A program made the translations under genes and the position numbers. Positions 18,985 through 28,146 of a DNA stretch of 49,397 nucleotides are shown here, one piece after another. How positions within the stretch are numbered: the stretch's first letter is position 1; every line of letters starts with the position of its first letter. The notes beneath the pieces are model-generated. The model searched no databases, had not been told where the DNA came from, and worked only from the letters and a program-made list of their open reading frames with translations. The stretch spans positions 1-49,397 of the forward strand of contig CAZDTP010000026.1 in the NCBI GenBank assembly GCA_964508365.1. Reading direction: 5' to 3'. This DNA is from an uncultured archaeon (GTDB taxonomy: Archaea; Asgardarchaeota; Lokiarchaeia; Sigyniarchaeales; SOKP01).

Positions 18985-19462
18985 TTTTTTTTTGTTTTTT
19001 ATATTTTTTAACTTACTTTTATTCTTTTCTTAATTACATTTTATCTTATTACCCCAAATTTAATCATCTAAGTTTTGCATCATTTATTGATTATATTAAT
19101 AAAATTTTCTAATGTTACGATATTTAATATTGTTAAAATGAATGAAAGAATTAAACCCTCGATTATTGAAATATTTGATAAATATTCAATTCAGATTCAG
19201 GCTGAATTTAGTTAATTCGTCAACAATTTTCCAAATTAAAAAAGATCTCTGATCTAAAAGCTCAACAGCGTGCTTATCGCCTTTCTTCTCTCACATCGCA
19301 ATTTTGCCGAACGGGCGATCTTATTAACCGAAAGATATCCTATCGAAAAAATTTGGCAACTTTTAAATATATGAATGAAGATATATTATATAATAAAGTT
19401 CAAAGTAAAGCATAAGAACTTTATAAAAAATATTACTAAATTAAAAGTGGAGGAATGAAATA

Positions 19463-19675
19463 ATGGCTAAAAAAGTATTTGCCTGGTCACCAGTTAGAAA
19501 ATTAATGAAAGATAACGGCGCTGAAATGGTTGCTCGTGAAGCAGTCGATGCATTAATCGATTATCTTGAAAAAGTTGCTAAAGGAGTTACAAATAAAGCT
19601 CTTGAAATGACTCGACACGCTGGACGCAAGAAACTGACTGATAATGACATGAACTTGGCAATGAAATTAATGTAA
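19463..19675 (+). CDS. Archaeal histone (single histone fold, tailless)
   Basis: SPVRKLMK..GAEMVAREA, HAGRKKL..ND; GGAGGA upstream. Confidence 0.93.
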   Translation: MAKKVFAWSPVRKLMKDNGAEMVAREAVDALIDYLEKVAKGVTNKALEMTRHAGRKKLTDNDMNLAMKLM

Positions 19676-19807
19676 GATTCAAAACTAAATTAAAAATTTA
19701 TATAACTCTTTTCTTTTTATATCTATTTTTTTTATTGATTTAGTATAGTTTTAATCAATATATTAATAAAAAATGAATTCTGGTTAATTTTATATTTGTG
19801 ATCTCTC

Positions 19808-20998
19808 GTGAGCCAAGAAGAATTTAAGAAGAAAATCTCAAGAAATATTTGGAAGTTCTATTTGTACGGATTTATTTTGGGGATTCATACAGTTAGGGGC
19901 GTTTATTACCCATATATGACCGTGTGGGGAGGTTTAACCTTTTTTGAGATAATGCTCTTACAAAGATATTTCATGTTTATGATTTTTATTCTTGAAATCC
20001 CCTCTGGAGCTATCGCTGATTATTTGAGTAGGAAAACAGCTTTGGCTTTATCTGCTTTATTTGTAATTTCGGCGGCATTTACTTATAGTATTTTTCCAAA
20101 TATTTTTTTATTCTTTTTAGCCGAGACATTATGGGCTTTTGCCGTTGCTTTAATGTCAGGTACAGACGAAGCTTTTATGTTTAGCACTTTAAAAATGACG
20201 GGTGAAGAAGATAAATTACCAAAGATTTTAGGTAGATATCAATTAATGTATATAATCGCAAATGTAATATCGGCACCATTAGGTTCTATTATCGCAGAAT
20301 TTATCTCTTTACAGTTTACTATGACTTGTTTGGGATTAATTTATATCGGAGCATTTCTTACTTCTCTTACCTATAAGGAACCAACATTTAAAAGAGAAGA
20401 GAAAACTAAAGGATATTTAACGATTTTAAAGGAAGGATTTAACGAGCTAAAGAAAAATAAAATTTTAAGAATCCTTTGTTTTGATAGATTATTCATAAAT
20501 ATTTGTATCTTCCTCTTATTCTGGACTTATCAACCGTATCTAACTGCTGTCAATATCCCAATAGTAATGTTTGGGTTTATTTTGGCAGGAATGAATGTAT
20601 TTAATGCAATGTTCAACGTATTAATTCCTAAATTCCTGAAAAAAGTTAAGAAAAAAAAAGATTTATTGATTAGTGTTAATATAATCAACGGCATTGCGTA
20701 TATTATACTAGGATTTGCAGTTATTCCCATTCTAGGTATATTTATGCTCTTTCTTATTGTAGGTTTTGGATACACTCGAGGACTAATTTATATAAATGGA
20801 ATTAATAAGCAAATTGAATCTGAAAATAGGGCTACCGTTCTTAGCACAATAAACATGTTTGGAAGCATATCAAGGGCGATTTTGTATCCATTTATCGGAC
20901 TTATTGTAGAATGGAACCTTTTTGTTATGTTTATAATAATAGGGATTATGATTTTAATACTTACAGCGCTTACTAGAGTAAAAAAAGAATATCTTTAA
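19808..20998 (+). CDS. MFS transporter
   Basis: About 12 TM segments; EIPSGAIADYLSRK motif A; SGTDEA; RATVLS. Confidence 0.9.
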   Translation: MSQEEFKKKISRNIWKFYLYGFILGIHTVRGVYYPYMTVWGGLTFFEIMLLQRYFMFMIFILEIPSGAIADYLSRKTALALSALFVISAAFTYSIFPNIFLFFLAETLWAFAVALMSGTDEAFMFSTLKMTGEEDKLPKILGRYQLMYIIANVISAPLGSIIAEFISLQFTMTCLGLIYIGAFLTSLTYKEPTFKREEKTKGYLTILKEGFNELKKNKILRILCFDRLFINICIFLLFWTYQPYLTAVNIPIVMFGFILAGMNVFNAMFNVLIPKFLKKVKKKKDLLISVNIINGIAYIILGFAVIPILGIFMLFLIVGFGYTRGLIYINGINKQIESENRATVLSTINMFGSISRAILYPFIGLIVEWNLFVMFIIIGIMILILTALTRVKKEYL

Positions 20999-21187
20999 CC
21001 AATTTCATTTATAGTGATTATTTTCGTAGTTCAAACTATTTGTGAAAATTTCTCAAATTGAAAATCAAAATTGGTTATTGTCTGTTAGAAATCTAATTAA
21101 AACAAAATAGAAAAAACTTTAATTCTTACTTTCATTAAAATTTCTCGTTCAAAATAAATAATTATTGATAAATTCAAGGTTTAAAAC

Positions 21188-21784
21188 ATGACTGAAGTTA
21201 AAGAAAATAAGGAAGATGAGATAGAGGTTTTTCCTTTTATTGAGGGAGATATTATTGATTTAGTTGCTGGCAATTCTAAATGGGTGCAATTAATGTGCAA
21301 ATGGCAAAATAATCCAAATGTTCGTCGTTACGCTCGAAATATGTGGCCCCTTACTATAGAAGATGTAAAAAAATGGTTCGAGCCCTCTCCAGACAACCAT
21401 ACGAGAGAATTTGTTGTATTCACTATTTACCATAAACGCGACAAGCGCCCAATCGGTACAGTTGGATTTGGACGTATTAATTGGGTTAACAGAAATGCTA
21501 ATATTTTCGCTACTATTGGAGAGCCGGAATATTGGGGAAAGGGTATCGCTATTGAGGCAAATAAATTATTGATTAAATATGGTTTTACTGAATTAAACTT
21601 TCATAAAATATATGCAGGAGTATTTACGCCGAATAAAAGATCACTTCGAGCAGCAGAGAAATTGGGTTTTGAAAAGGAAGCAATTTTAAAAGAAGAGATG
21701 TTTGTTGATGGAGTGTATCATGATATCCATAAATTCGCACTTTTCAAGAGAGATTGGATTAAATCCAATCAAAACGAATCATAA
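21188..21784 (+). CDS. RimJ/RimL-family GNAT acetyltransferase, copy 1
   Basis: IGEPEYWGKGIA, FTELNFHKI, NKRSLRAAEKLGF. Confidence 0.92.
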   Translation: MTEVKENKEDEIEVFPFIEGDIIDLVAGNSKWVQLMCKWQNNPNVRRYARNMWPLTIEDVKKWFEPSPDNHTREFVVFTIYHKRDKRPIGTVGFGRINWVNRNANIFATIGEPEYWGKGIAIEANKLLIKYGFTELNFHKIYAGVFTPNKRSLRAAEKLGFEKEAILKEEMFVDGVYHDIHKFALFKRDWIKSNQNES

Positions 21785-21869
21785 GCTGTTTTTTTTTGTA
21801 AGGTTTAGTCTTCAAAATAAGAAAATTTAATCAAATCAAAAGAGATTAATTGATTTAAAGTTGTAAATT

Positions 21870-22466
21870 ATGCCGGAAGAAAAAGAAAAGAGTAAAGAAG
21901 AGATTGAAGTCTTCCCATTTATCGAAGGGAAAATTATTGATTTAGTTGCCCAAAACTCAAAATGGGCTGAACTCATATGCAAATGGAGAAACGATCCAAA
22001 AGTCCGACAATATTCAAGAAATGCGTGGCCAAGGAGTCTGGATGATGTGAAAAAAAGGTTTGAACCTATTCCAGATGGAGATAGACATACTAGAGATTTT
22101 GTAGGTTTTATTATTTATCATAAACGCGATAAGCGTCCAATTGGAGACATCGGATTGAACCGCATTGATTGGGTAAGTCGTCATGCTAATATCTTCGCAA
22201 TGATTGGTGAGCCAGAATATTGGGGGAAGGGTATAGTCGGTGAAGCCGCTCAATTAGTGCTTAAATACGCATTTACAGAATTAAATTTGCACAAAGTAAA
22301 AGCTGGTGTATTTACACCAAATCAAAGATCTCTCCGTGCAGCTGAGAAGCTGGGGTTAATTAAAGAGGCAGTAATGAAAGAGGCGATTTATGTCGACGGA
22401 AAATACCACGATATACATAAATGGGGTTTAACAAAAGAAGAATGGCTAAAAAAAAATAAATTTTAA
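21870..22466 (+). CDS. RimJ/RimL-family GNAT acetyltransferase, copy 2 (tandem paralog)
   Basis: IGEPEYWGKGIV, FTELNLHKV, NQRSLRAAEKLG; same length (198 aa) as copy 1. Confidence 0.92.
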   Translation: MPEEKEKSKEEIEVFPFIEGKIIDLVAQNSKWAELICKWRNDPKVRQYSRNAWPRSLDDVKKRFEPIPDGDRHTRDFVGFIIYHKRDKRPIGDIGLNRIDWVSRHANIFAMIGEPEYWGKGIVGEAAQLVLKYAFTELNLHKVKAGVFTPNQRSLRAAEKLGLIKEAVMKEAIYVDGKYHDIHKWGLTKEEWLKKNKF

Positions 22467-22619
22467 CTACATAATGATTAATCATGACTCAATATATAAT
22501 TGTACATTTATCCAAGGAATAATCATCAATTTAATATCCTTTTAAAGATGATTGGTTAAAGTTAGAGAAAGAAAAATAGTTAATTAAAAGAAAAAAAAAT
22601 TAAATTTTTTAAATTTACA

Positions 22620-22865
22620 TTATCCTCCCGCCAATGGGGGGAAAATTGCTACAATATCATCATCCTGAATTGGTGTCTCTCTTTTTTTGTGAGGGGAACC
22701 ATTAATTAGAATTATCAATTTAGTATCTTCTGAAATTGTAAATAAATCTAATATTGTACCTACTGTACTTCCTAACGGTAATGAAACAATTTTTTTCGGT
22801 GGGGCTAAACTCCTTAAATTAGCAAAAAATTTCACAGTTGCGGTGATGGTCTTTTTATCATTCAT
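22620..22865 (-). CDS. moaD: MoaD/ThiS/SAMP ubiquitin-like sulfur carrier with C-terminal GG
   Basis: VKFFANLR...LINGS...DDIVAIFPPLAGG. Start trimmed to ATG 22865 (22871 also possible), overlapping the upstream stop. Confidence 0.88.
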   Translation of the reverse strand: MNDKKTITATVKFFANLRSLAPPKKIVSLPLGSTVGTILDLFTISEDTKLIILINGSPHKKRETPIQDDDIVAIFPPLAGG

Positions 22866-23145
22866 CTTCATTTCTTGTAAAGTACCATTTGTATAATAGA
22901 GCCATCTTCCTAGGAAATAAGCCGACTCTATCACCATCTTTTACTTTTTTATTAAATCCCGAATATGACCCATTCACAAATAGGTGGCTGGTTTCCTCTT
23001 TTTCAATTGTATATTTATTTAATATGTCGGCAATAGTATTAATTCCATCGCTGTCAATTTGCAAAGTTAATGGCAAAGATCCTGAAATATTAAATCCTTC
23101 AATTTTCTTCCGTAATTCTCCAAAAATTTTCACTAATATAACCAT
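22858..23145 (-). CDS. MoaD/ThiS-like beta-grasp protein lacking the diglycine terminus
   Basis: VKIFGELR...HLFVNG...VKDGDRVGLFP followed by RKMALLYKWYFTRNEDE instead of PxxGG. Confidence 0.82.
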   Translation of the reverse strand: MVILVKIFGELRKKIEGFNISGSLPLTLQIDSDGINTIADILNKYTIEKEETSHLFVNGSYSGFNKKVKDGDRVGLFPRKMALLYKWYFTRNEDE

Positions 23146-23155
23146 TTTTAAACAG

Positions 23156-24892
23156 CTAAGCGCCCCAAACGCTATCTAATTCTTCATCTGATACATTAAA
23201 AACTTCATTGTGTGGAGGTAATTTCTCTTTTAAGAAAAATTCTGGTAGTCTATCCTGTTTTTCTGTAAAACCTGCGGCTTTATTAAACTCTCTTTCAGTT
23301 TTTATGATTTGCAACCCATAACCAGGAACATCCGCTACAGTGAGACTCGTTCCTAATACGCCATTTAGCGTGTCAACAACACCCTCTAATCCTTCAGGAA
23401 TATCTAAGACTGCAAAAGCAATAAAAAGACAATACCCGGTCGCATCAACGGCAGCAGTAGCAATTTGTAAATTTCGCGATAATTCTGCTTTTTTAGTATC
23501 CCTAGGTTCTGCTGTTCCACCGACTCCCATGATTTCAGTGGCGATAGCGTATCCTGCTGTGTGATCTGCTCCCATAGGTGTAGTTGCATAAGTTACACCA
23601 ATTCCTTTAATTGCTCGGGGATCGTATGCAGGTAAGCTCTGGCCTTTTACAACAGGGACTCTGGTCACACCGAATGCTTGTGCTGTAAAAGCTGTACCGT
23701 TAGCTAAGATTCTCCCAGTTGGAGTCTTATTCTTAATTTCGTCTAATAACTTTAAAGCACCTTTTCCATTTCCAAATTCGGTTAAACCACCCTCCATTGC
23801 TACTCCAAGTAAACCCCCTGTTTCAATTGTATCCAATCCTAAATCGTTACAGGCTCTATTTAATTCTCCAATATCATCTAAATTGTAAATACTACAATTA
23901 GGACCTAGTGCCCATACACTTTCATACTCTAATACTCCAACGGGATCTTTTCCACCCGGTTTTGTCCATACTTCAGAACATTGGATAATGCATCCAGGAC
24001 TGCAGAAATGTGGACGAACTCCTCCTCGCTTCTTGATCTCCTCTGCTTTTACCTCTCCAGATACTTTTTCAGATCTGTCGTCTTGACCAGATGAAAAATT
24101 ACGCTGTGGTAACCCTCCAGCTTCATTTATTATATTTACTAATACACCTGTACCAAACGAATTAAGAGCTCCACCAGGTTTAGTTACATCGTGGCTGGTT
24201 AAAGCTTTCGCTAATTTTTTAATACCCATATTAAAAGCTTCTTCGTTCAGAATTTCCACTCCTGGCGCTCCAGTTTCATCAACTATAATGAATTTTAGCC
24301 CTTTTGAGGCCATGACAGCACCAAGTCCACCTCGTCCTGCGTATCTGCTGGGTAATCCTTCAGGATCGTTAAAACAGACTCCAGAAGCGGTCCCCCTTAT
24401 TTCAGCTGCAATGCCAACACCACAAATACCTACCTTATCACCAAATTCCTTATATAATTCTTTATAAGTGCTATAGAGTCCTTTATTTGACCACTTATTT
24501 GCTTTTATAAATTCAGCGCCATTATTTGTAATTTTCAGTAGATAATAATCTTCCCCTTTATGCTTACCTTCGATAATAACTGCTGCGATTCTCATTCTTC
24601 CTAATTTCTGACCAAAACTTGTGCCTGCATTTGCTTCTTTAATCCCCCCTGTTAATGGAGATTTTCCACCAACAGATATTCGACCAGATGTTGGAGCTAT
24701 TGATCCTGTAACCAGTCCTGGAGCAAATACAAGCTTATTATTTGCTCCTAATGGATGGCAAAGCGGATCAACTTCTTTCGCGACAATTGTGGAAGTAAGA
24801 CCTCGTCCACCTAAAGCTACAAAATCTGCGGGTACATCCTCAAATTTGGCTTCAAGTTTTGTCATATTTACTCTTAAAATTTTTTTTGACAT
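23156..24892 (-). CDS. aor: Tungsten-dependent aldehyde:ferredoxin oxidoreductase
   Basis: LGGRG, KSPLTGGIKEANAG, AGRGGLGAVMASKGLK, CxxGCxxxC, EYES, DDIGELNRACNDLGLDTI, GADH. Confidence 0.95.
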   Translation of the reverse strand: MSKKILRVNMTKLEAKFEDVPADFVALGGRGLTSTIVAKEVDPLCHPLGANNKLVFAPGLVTGSIAPTSGRISVGGKSPLTGGIKEANAGTSFGQKLGRMRIAAVIIEGKHKGEDYYLLKITNNGAEFIKANKWSNKGLYSTYKELYKEFGDKVGICGVGIAAEIRGTASGVCFNDPEGLPSRYAGRGGLGAVMASKGLKFIIVDETGAPGVEILNEEAFNMGIKKLAKALTSHDVTKPGGALNSFGTGVLVNIINEAGGLPQRNFSSGQDDRSEKVSGEVKAEEIKKRGGVRPHFCSPGCIIQCSEVWTKPGGKDPVGVLEYESVWALGPNCSIYNLDDIGELNRACNDLGLDTIETGGLLGVAMEGGLTEFGNGKGALKLLDEIKNKTPTGRILANGTAFTAQAFGVTRVPVVKGQSLPAYDPRAIKGIGVTYATTPMGADHTAGYAIATEIMGVGGTAEPRDTKKAELSRNLQIATAAVDATGYCLFIAFAVLDIPEGLEGVVDTLNGVLGTSLTVADVPGYGLQIIKTEREFNKAAGFTEKQDRLPEFFLKEKLPPHNEVFNVSDEELDSVWGA

Positions 24893-25003
24893 GATATTTC
24901 ACCTCAATTTTTAGGCATTTAATATATGTAATAGATGATTATTAAAATTACGTTATGTACATTGTGTAATAACGCTATATTAAACATACAAATAATAAAA
25001 AAA

Positions 25004-25126
25004 CAGGCCCGAGGGGATATGTTCAAGAAGCGCGAAGTACGCATCATATTGAACCCCCGATCTTCTGCTTTCTTCATACTCATTATGTAGGAGGCAGCTG
25101 CGATATCCATGCTTCGCCACGGGCCT
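25004..25126 (-). tRNA. tRNA-Arg (anticodon CCT) with two introns: 18 nt at 37/38 (25070-25087) and 30 nt at 58/59 (25019-25048)
   Basis: Acceptor AGGCCCG/CGGGCCT 7/7; D stem GCGA/TCGC; anticodon stem GCTGC/GCAGA around CT-CCT-A|A; T stem GGGGG/CCCCT with loop TTCAA|AT after removing the insert; both inserts fold as bulge-helix-bulge-like motifs. Confidence 0.92.
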
Positions 25127-25305
25127 AATTTTAAAATAATGAGTGTTATGATCTAAAAATCATAATAAAATAAAAAAGTAGAGATAATAGTGTGATCTTT
25201 TTAACCATAAAAGGAAACATAAATCAAAAGGTTTTAATTTTCAAATTTAATCTTACATATTATAATAGATTATTTTGAAATATTTTATTCTTTGAGTTAA
25301 TTAAA

Positions 25306-25581
25306 ATGGAAAAAAGAAATTATCAACAAGGCAAACCTGCAAGACCTATCGATTATTTGAAGGAATCTGTTGATAAAGTTATATTAATAAAAGTTAAGAG
25401 AAACCGTCTCTTCAGAGCAGTACTACGTTCCTTTGATGAGCATCTTAATCTATATATTGAAGATGCATCACAGCTTTTCGAATATATGGATGAAGATGGA
25501 AACATTAAAGAAGAACATGAAACTCTTGGCAATATTGTTTTACGTGGGGACAATGTCATCTTTTTAAACCTTGCAAGTTAG
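25306..25581 (+). CDS. lsm: Sm-like archaeal protein (Lsm/SmAP)
   Basis: RPIDYL, Sm1 SFDEHLNLYIEDA, Sm2 LGNIVLRGDNVIF. Confidence 0.93.
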   Translation: MEKRNYQQGKPARPIDYLKESVDKVILIKVKRNRLFRAVLRSFDEHLNLYIEDASQLFEYMDEDGNIKEEHETLGNIVLRGDNVIFLNLAS

Positions 25582-25761
25582 TTTAGAAAGATACAAATTC
25601 TTGTTCCATTGGGATTTCGTATTTTAATTAAAAATCATATATGATCTTTACTTTCATTTAGATTAGGTAAAAAACATATAAAAGTTGAAGCCTTTTTCAA
25701 TAAATGAGAAACCTAATATTAAATTTGATTGATTTTTTTTAATAAAAAGAGATCCTAATAA

Positions 25762-27855
25762 GTGATTGAACCAGAATATATTAAACCACGAAATTCATTG
25801 GTAATTAGCCCTAATTTAGGTCATCCTCTATTTATCGGCATGGATCGTGAATTAAAGCAGATTGAATTTGAAGTAAATCTTCTAGTTGCGACTAATATTA
25901 CGGATTCTTCAAATTTTGAGGTTTTTCTAAGGGATAACCTAAGTCTTGTTCCAATTCTAGAATACAAGTGGAAGTTAGCGAAATTATTTGAAAGAAAAAA
26001 AAAAAAAGGTATTTGGGCTAAAATTAAAAGTTTTTTTTCCAGAGACAAGAAACGCAGAAAACAGGAAGCTCAAGTAATTAAGGAATTCACTGACTCAATG
26101 GGTAATACTTTTGATATGGTCCAAAGGGAGAAGATAGAAAAGTTAAAGCCACGGGCTTTTCGAGGGGATATAATAGACTGTATAGTTTTAAATATTAAGA
26201 GTGTAAATGAATGTGAGATAGATAATCCAGAATACGACGATTATCTTAGTCCTCAAAATTATTTAGTTAAACATGAAATTCTTGGGAGTTTAAATAAATA
26301 CTACTCAGCAACAATTTATTTTAAACTAACAGATGAGGTAATTGAGTTTTTAAAGAGTTTTAACTTCGTAATGTTTGATATTCTCCACCAAAACTCGAAT
26401 AAGGGTGATAGAATTAACTATCACTCAATTGTAATTTCAAAAAATGATTGGACCAATTTCAAATTTTTACATGCTACAGACTTACATTTAGCAGAAAGAA
26501 ATGATAGAATCTATGAGATAGTTAAAAAATGGCAAAAATTAGTTAGAAAATCAGAAGTTGGTGAAATAATAACTCAAACTGTTAAAGCGTTTTCTTTTTT
26601 TCAGAGATTGTTAATAAAAAAACCAGAAGATAAAGTTGAAACAGTAAAATCACTGCACAAACGCTTTATAAATCCAAATAATAATTTTAGGAACTTTATC
26701 AAGCAAGCAAATAAGAGTGTGAATCAGAACGATTTAGATTTTGTAGTGTTAACGGGAGATATCGTCGATTTTTCTATTCTTTCAAAAATAGATAAAGACA
26801 AGAGAAAGGATTTAGACTTTGATTACGAATTTAGTAATTGGCGAACTTTTAAAGACATTTTATTGAACCACCCTCAAGAGAAGAGAAGAGGGATGGTTTC
26901 TGGAGAAGAATTACTCTGTCCAATTTTTACAATCCCGGGAAACCATGATTTCCGTCCATATCATTACGATCTTCGTTGGGGGAATTTGTACAAAAAAATA
27001 GGATTGAATAGTAGTGAAGCAATTGCTTTGAACGACGAGTTAATGGCAAACCCCATTAGCTCTATTACGAAAAGTTTCAGGGCTTTAAAAGCCTATTTAA
27101 TAGAAATCAATTCGTCATTAGATTTTTTTCTCAAACTTGGAGATAATAATTTTGTTTTTCTAAATACTGGTTCCGATTCTTTTAAAAATATTATGGATTT
27201 TGTTAGTGGACACCCATCCGTAACTGGAGTCACTAATAAACAAATAAAGTTTTTAGAGAACTTTATAAATAAAACCAATAAAATCGGAAACAATACATTT
27301 CTTATGATGCATGGACCTCCAATTAATCCTAAAAAAGCCATGAGTACCTTTAAACGATTATCTCATTCAAGATCTTCAAAGGAGAAAATGCCCTCTCTCG
27401 AAGAATTTAAAGAATCTATAATGGAAAAATTGGGAAAGCATCCTTTCTCAGTTCGAATTGACGATAAGTTTAACTTAAAATTTGGAACAATTTCGTCAAA
27501 TTGGGCAAAAATTATTAAATTTTGCCTTGATTATTGTGTCCTTACTCTTTCAGGACATACTCATCAATTAAAAGAGTTTAGGTTGAGTAATCCTCATCAA
27601 AATTCTATTAATGCTAATACTTCGATTCCATTTAAACTAGAAAAATTAGAAAATCCCGCAGCTGTATACTACGATTATTATTCTGAAAGACTTAATAATC
27701 AATATGAAATTGAAATAAACGCTCCTTATGTTGTTCAGACTCCAGCTCTAGGATTAGGGAGTTATTTTAAACCTAATTTAGCTGGAGCTTATCGAGAGAT
27801 TATAATCAAAAAAGGAAAATTAACTTCTTTTCAAGTTAAGTATGTAGAACGATAA
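25762..27855 (+). CDS. Calcineurin-like metallophosphoesterase with long N-terminal extension and insertions
   Basis: LHATDLH, LTGDIVD, IPGNHD, MMHGP, LSGHTH in canonical order. Confidence 0.88.
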   Translation: MIEPEYIKPRNSLVISPNLGHPLFIGMDRELKQIEFEVNLLVATNITDSSNFEVFLRDNLSLVPILEYKWKLAKLFERKKKKGIWAKIKSFFSRDKKRRKQEAQVIKEFTDSMGNTFDMVQREKIEKLKPRAFRGDIIDCIVLNIKSVNECEIDNPEYDDYLSPQNYLVKHEILGSLNKYYSATIYFKLTDEVIEFLKSFNFVMFDILHQNSNKGDRINYHSIVISKNDWTNFKFLHATDLHLAERNDRIYEIVKKWQKLVRKSEVGEIITQTVKAFSFFQRLLIKKPEDKVETVKSLHKRFINPNNNFRNFIKQANKSVNQNDLDFVVLTGDIVDFSILSKIDKDKRKDLDFDYEFSNWRTFKDILLNHPQEKRRGMVSGEELLCPIFTIPGNHDFRPYHYDLRWGNLYKKIGLNSSEAIALNDELMANPISSITKSFRALKAYLIEINSSLDFFLKLGDNNFVFLNTGSDSFKNIMDFVSGHPSVTGVTNKQIKFLENFINKTNKIGNNTFLMMHGPPINPKKAMSTFKRLSHSRSSKEKMPSLEEFKESIMEKLGKHPFSVRIDDKFNLKFGTISSNWAKIIKFCLDYCVLTLSGHTHQLKEFRLSNPHQNSINANTSIPFKLEKLENPAAVYYDYYSERLNNQYEIEINAPYVVQTPALGLGSYFKPNLAGAYREIIIKKGKLTSFQVKYVER

Positions 27856-27875
27856 TAAGTTGAAATTTGAATAAA

Positions 27876-28048
27876 TTAATCGTTTAAATGTATAGTTCTT
27901 CCTTTTTTATGAATTGCCATGCCATAAACATCTTCCATCCCTCCTAAAACCATCTCTGAAATTGTTGGATGGTTATATATTGTACTAGCAACATCGTGAA
28001 CGGTTAATCCGTGTTGGTAGCTAAAGAAATCTCAGATATTAATTCGAA
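27876..28048 (-). pseudogene. lpdA: C-terminal remnant of dihydrolipoamide dehydrogenase (frameshifted, no start)
   Basis: Hand translation: FELISEISLA then a frameshift into QHGLTVHDVASTIYNHPTISEMVLGGMEDVYGMAIHKKGRTIHLND*, matching the interface domain with the HPTxSE catalytic motif. Confidence 0.8.
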
Positions 28049-28049
28049 T

Positions 28050-28070
28050 ACTTATCTTAATAAGATAAGT
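28050..28070. promoter_or_regulatory. Perfect inverted repeat ACTTATCTTA-a-TAAGATAAGT
   Basis: 10-bp arms with a 1-nt spacer, 76 bp upstream of the glycerate kinase start and at the break point of the lpdA remnant. Confidence 0.55.
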
Positions 28071-28146
28071 TATACATAAAATATTAATTTTAATTAAATA
28101 TCTCGAGAACTACAATTAATTTTTTTCCTTAATATTGTTGATGTAA

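Noticed and set aside
19138-19215. 25-codon ORF MNERIKPSIIEIFDKYSIQIQAEFS upstream of the histone gene
   Set aside because: Too short, no motif or RBS; expected by chance.
22866-22937. N-terminal extension of the MoaD ORF as given in the track (105 aa)
   Set aside because: It overlaps the upstream gene; the beta-grasp fold begins after ATG 22865/22871.
24919-25110. 63-aa minus-strand ORF from the track
   Set aside because: It overlaps the intron-containing tRNA-Arg on the same strand and has no protein-like motif.
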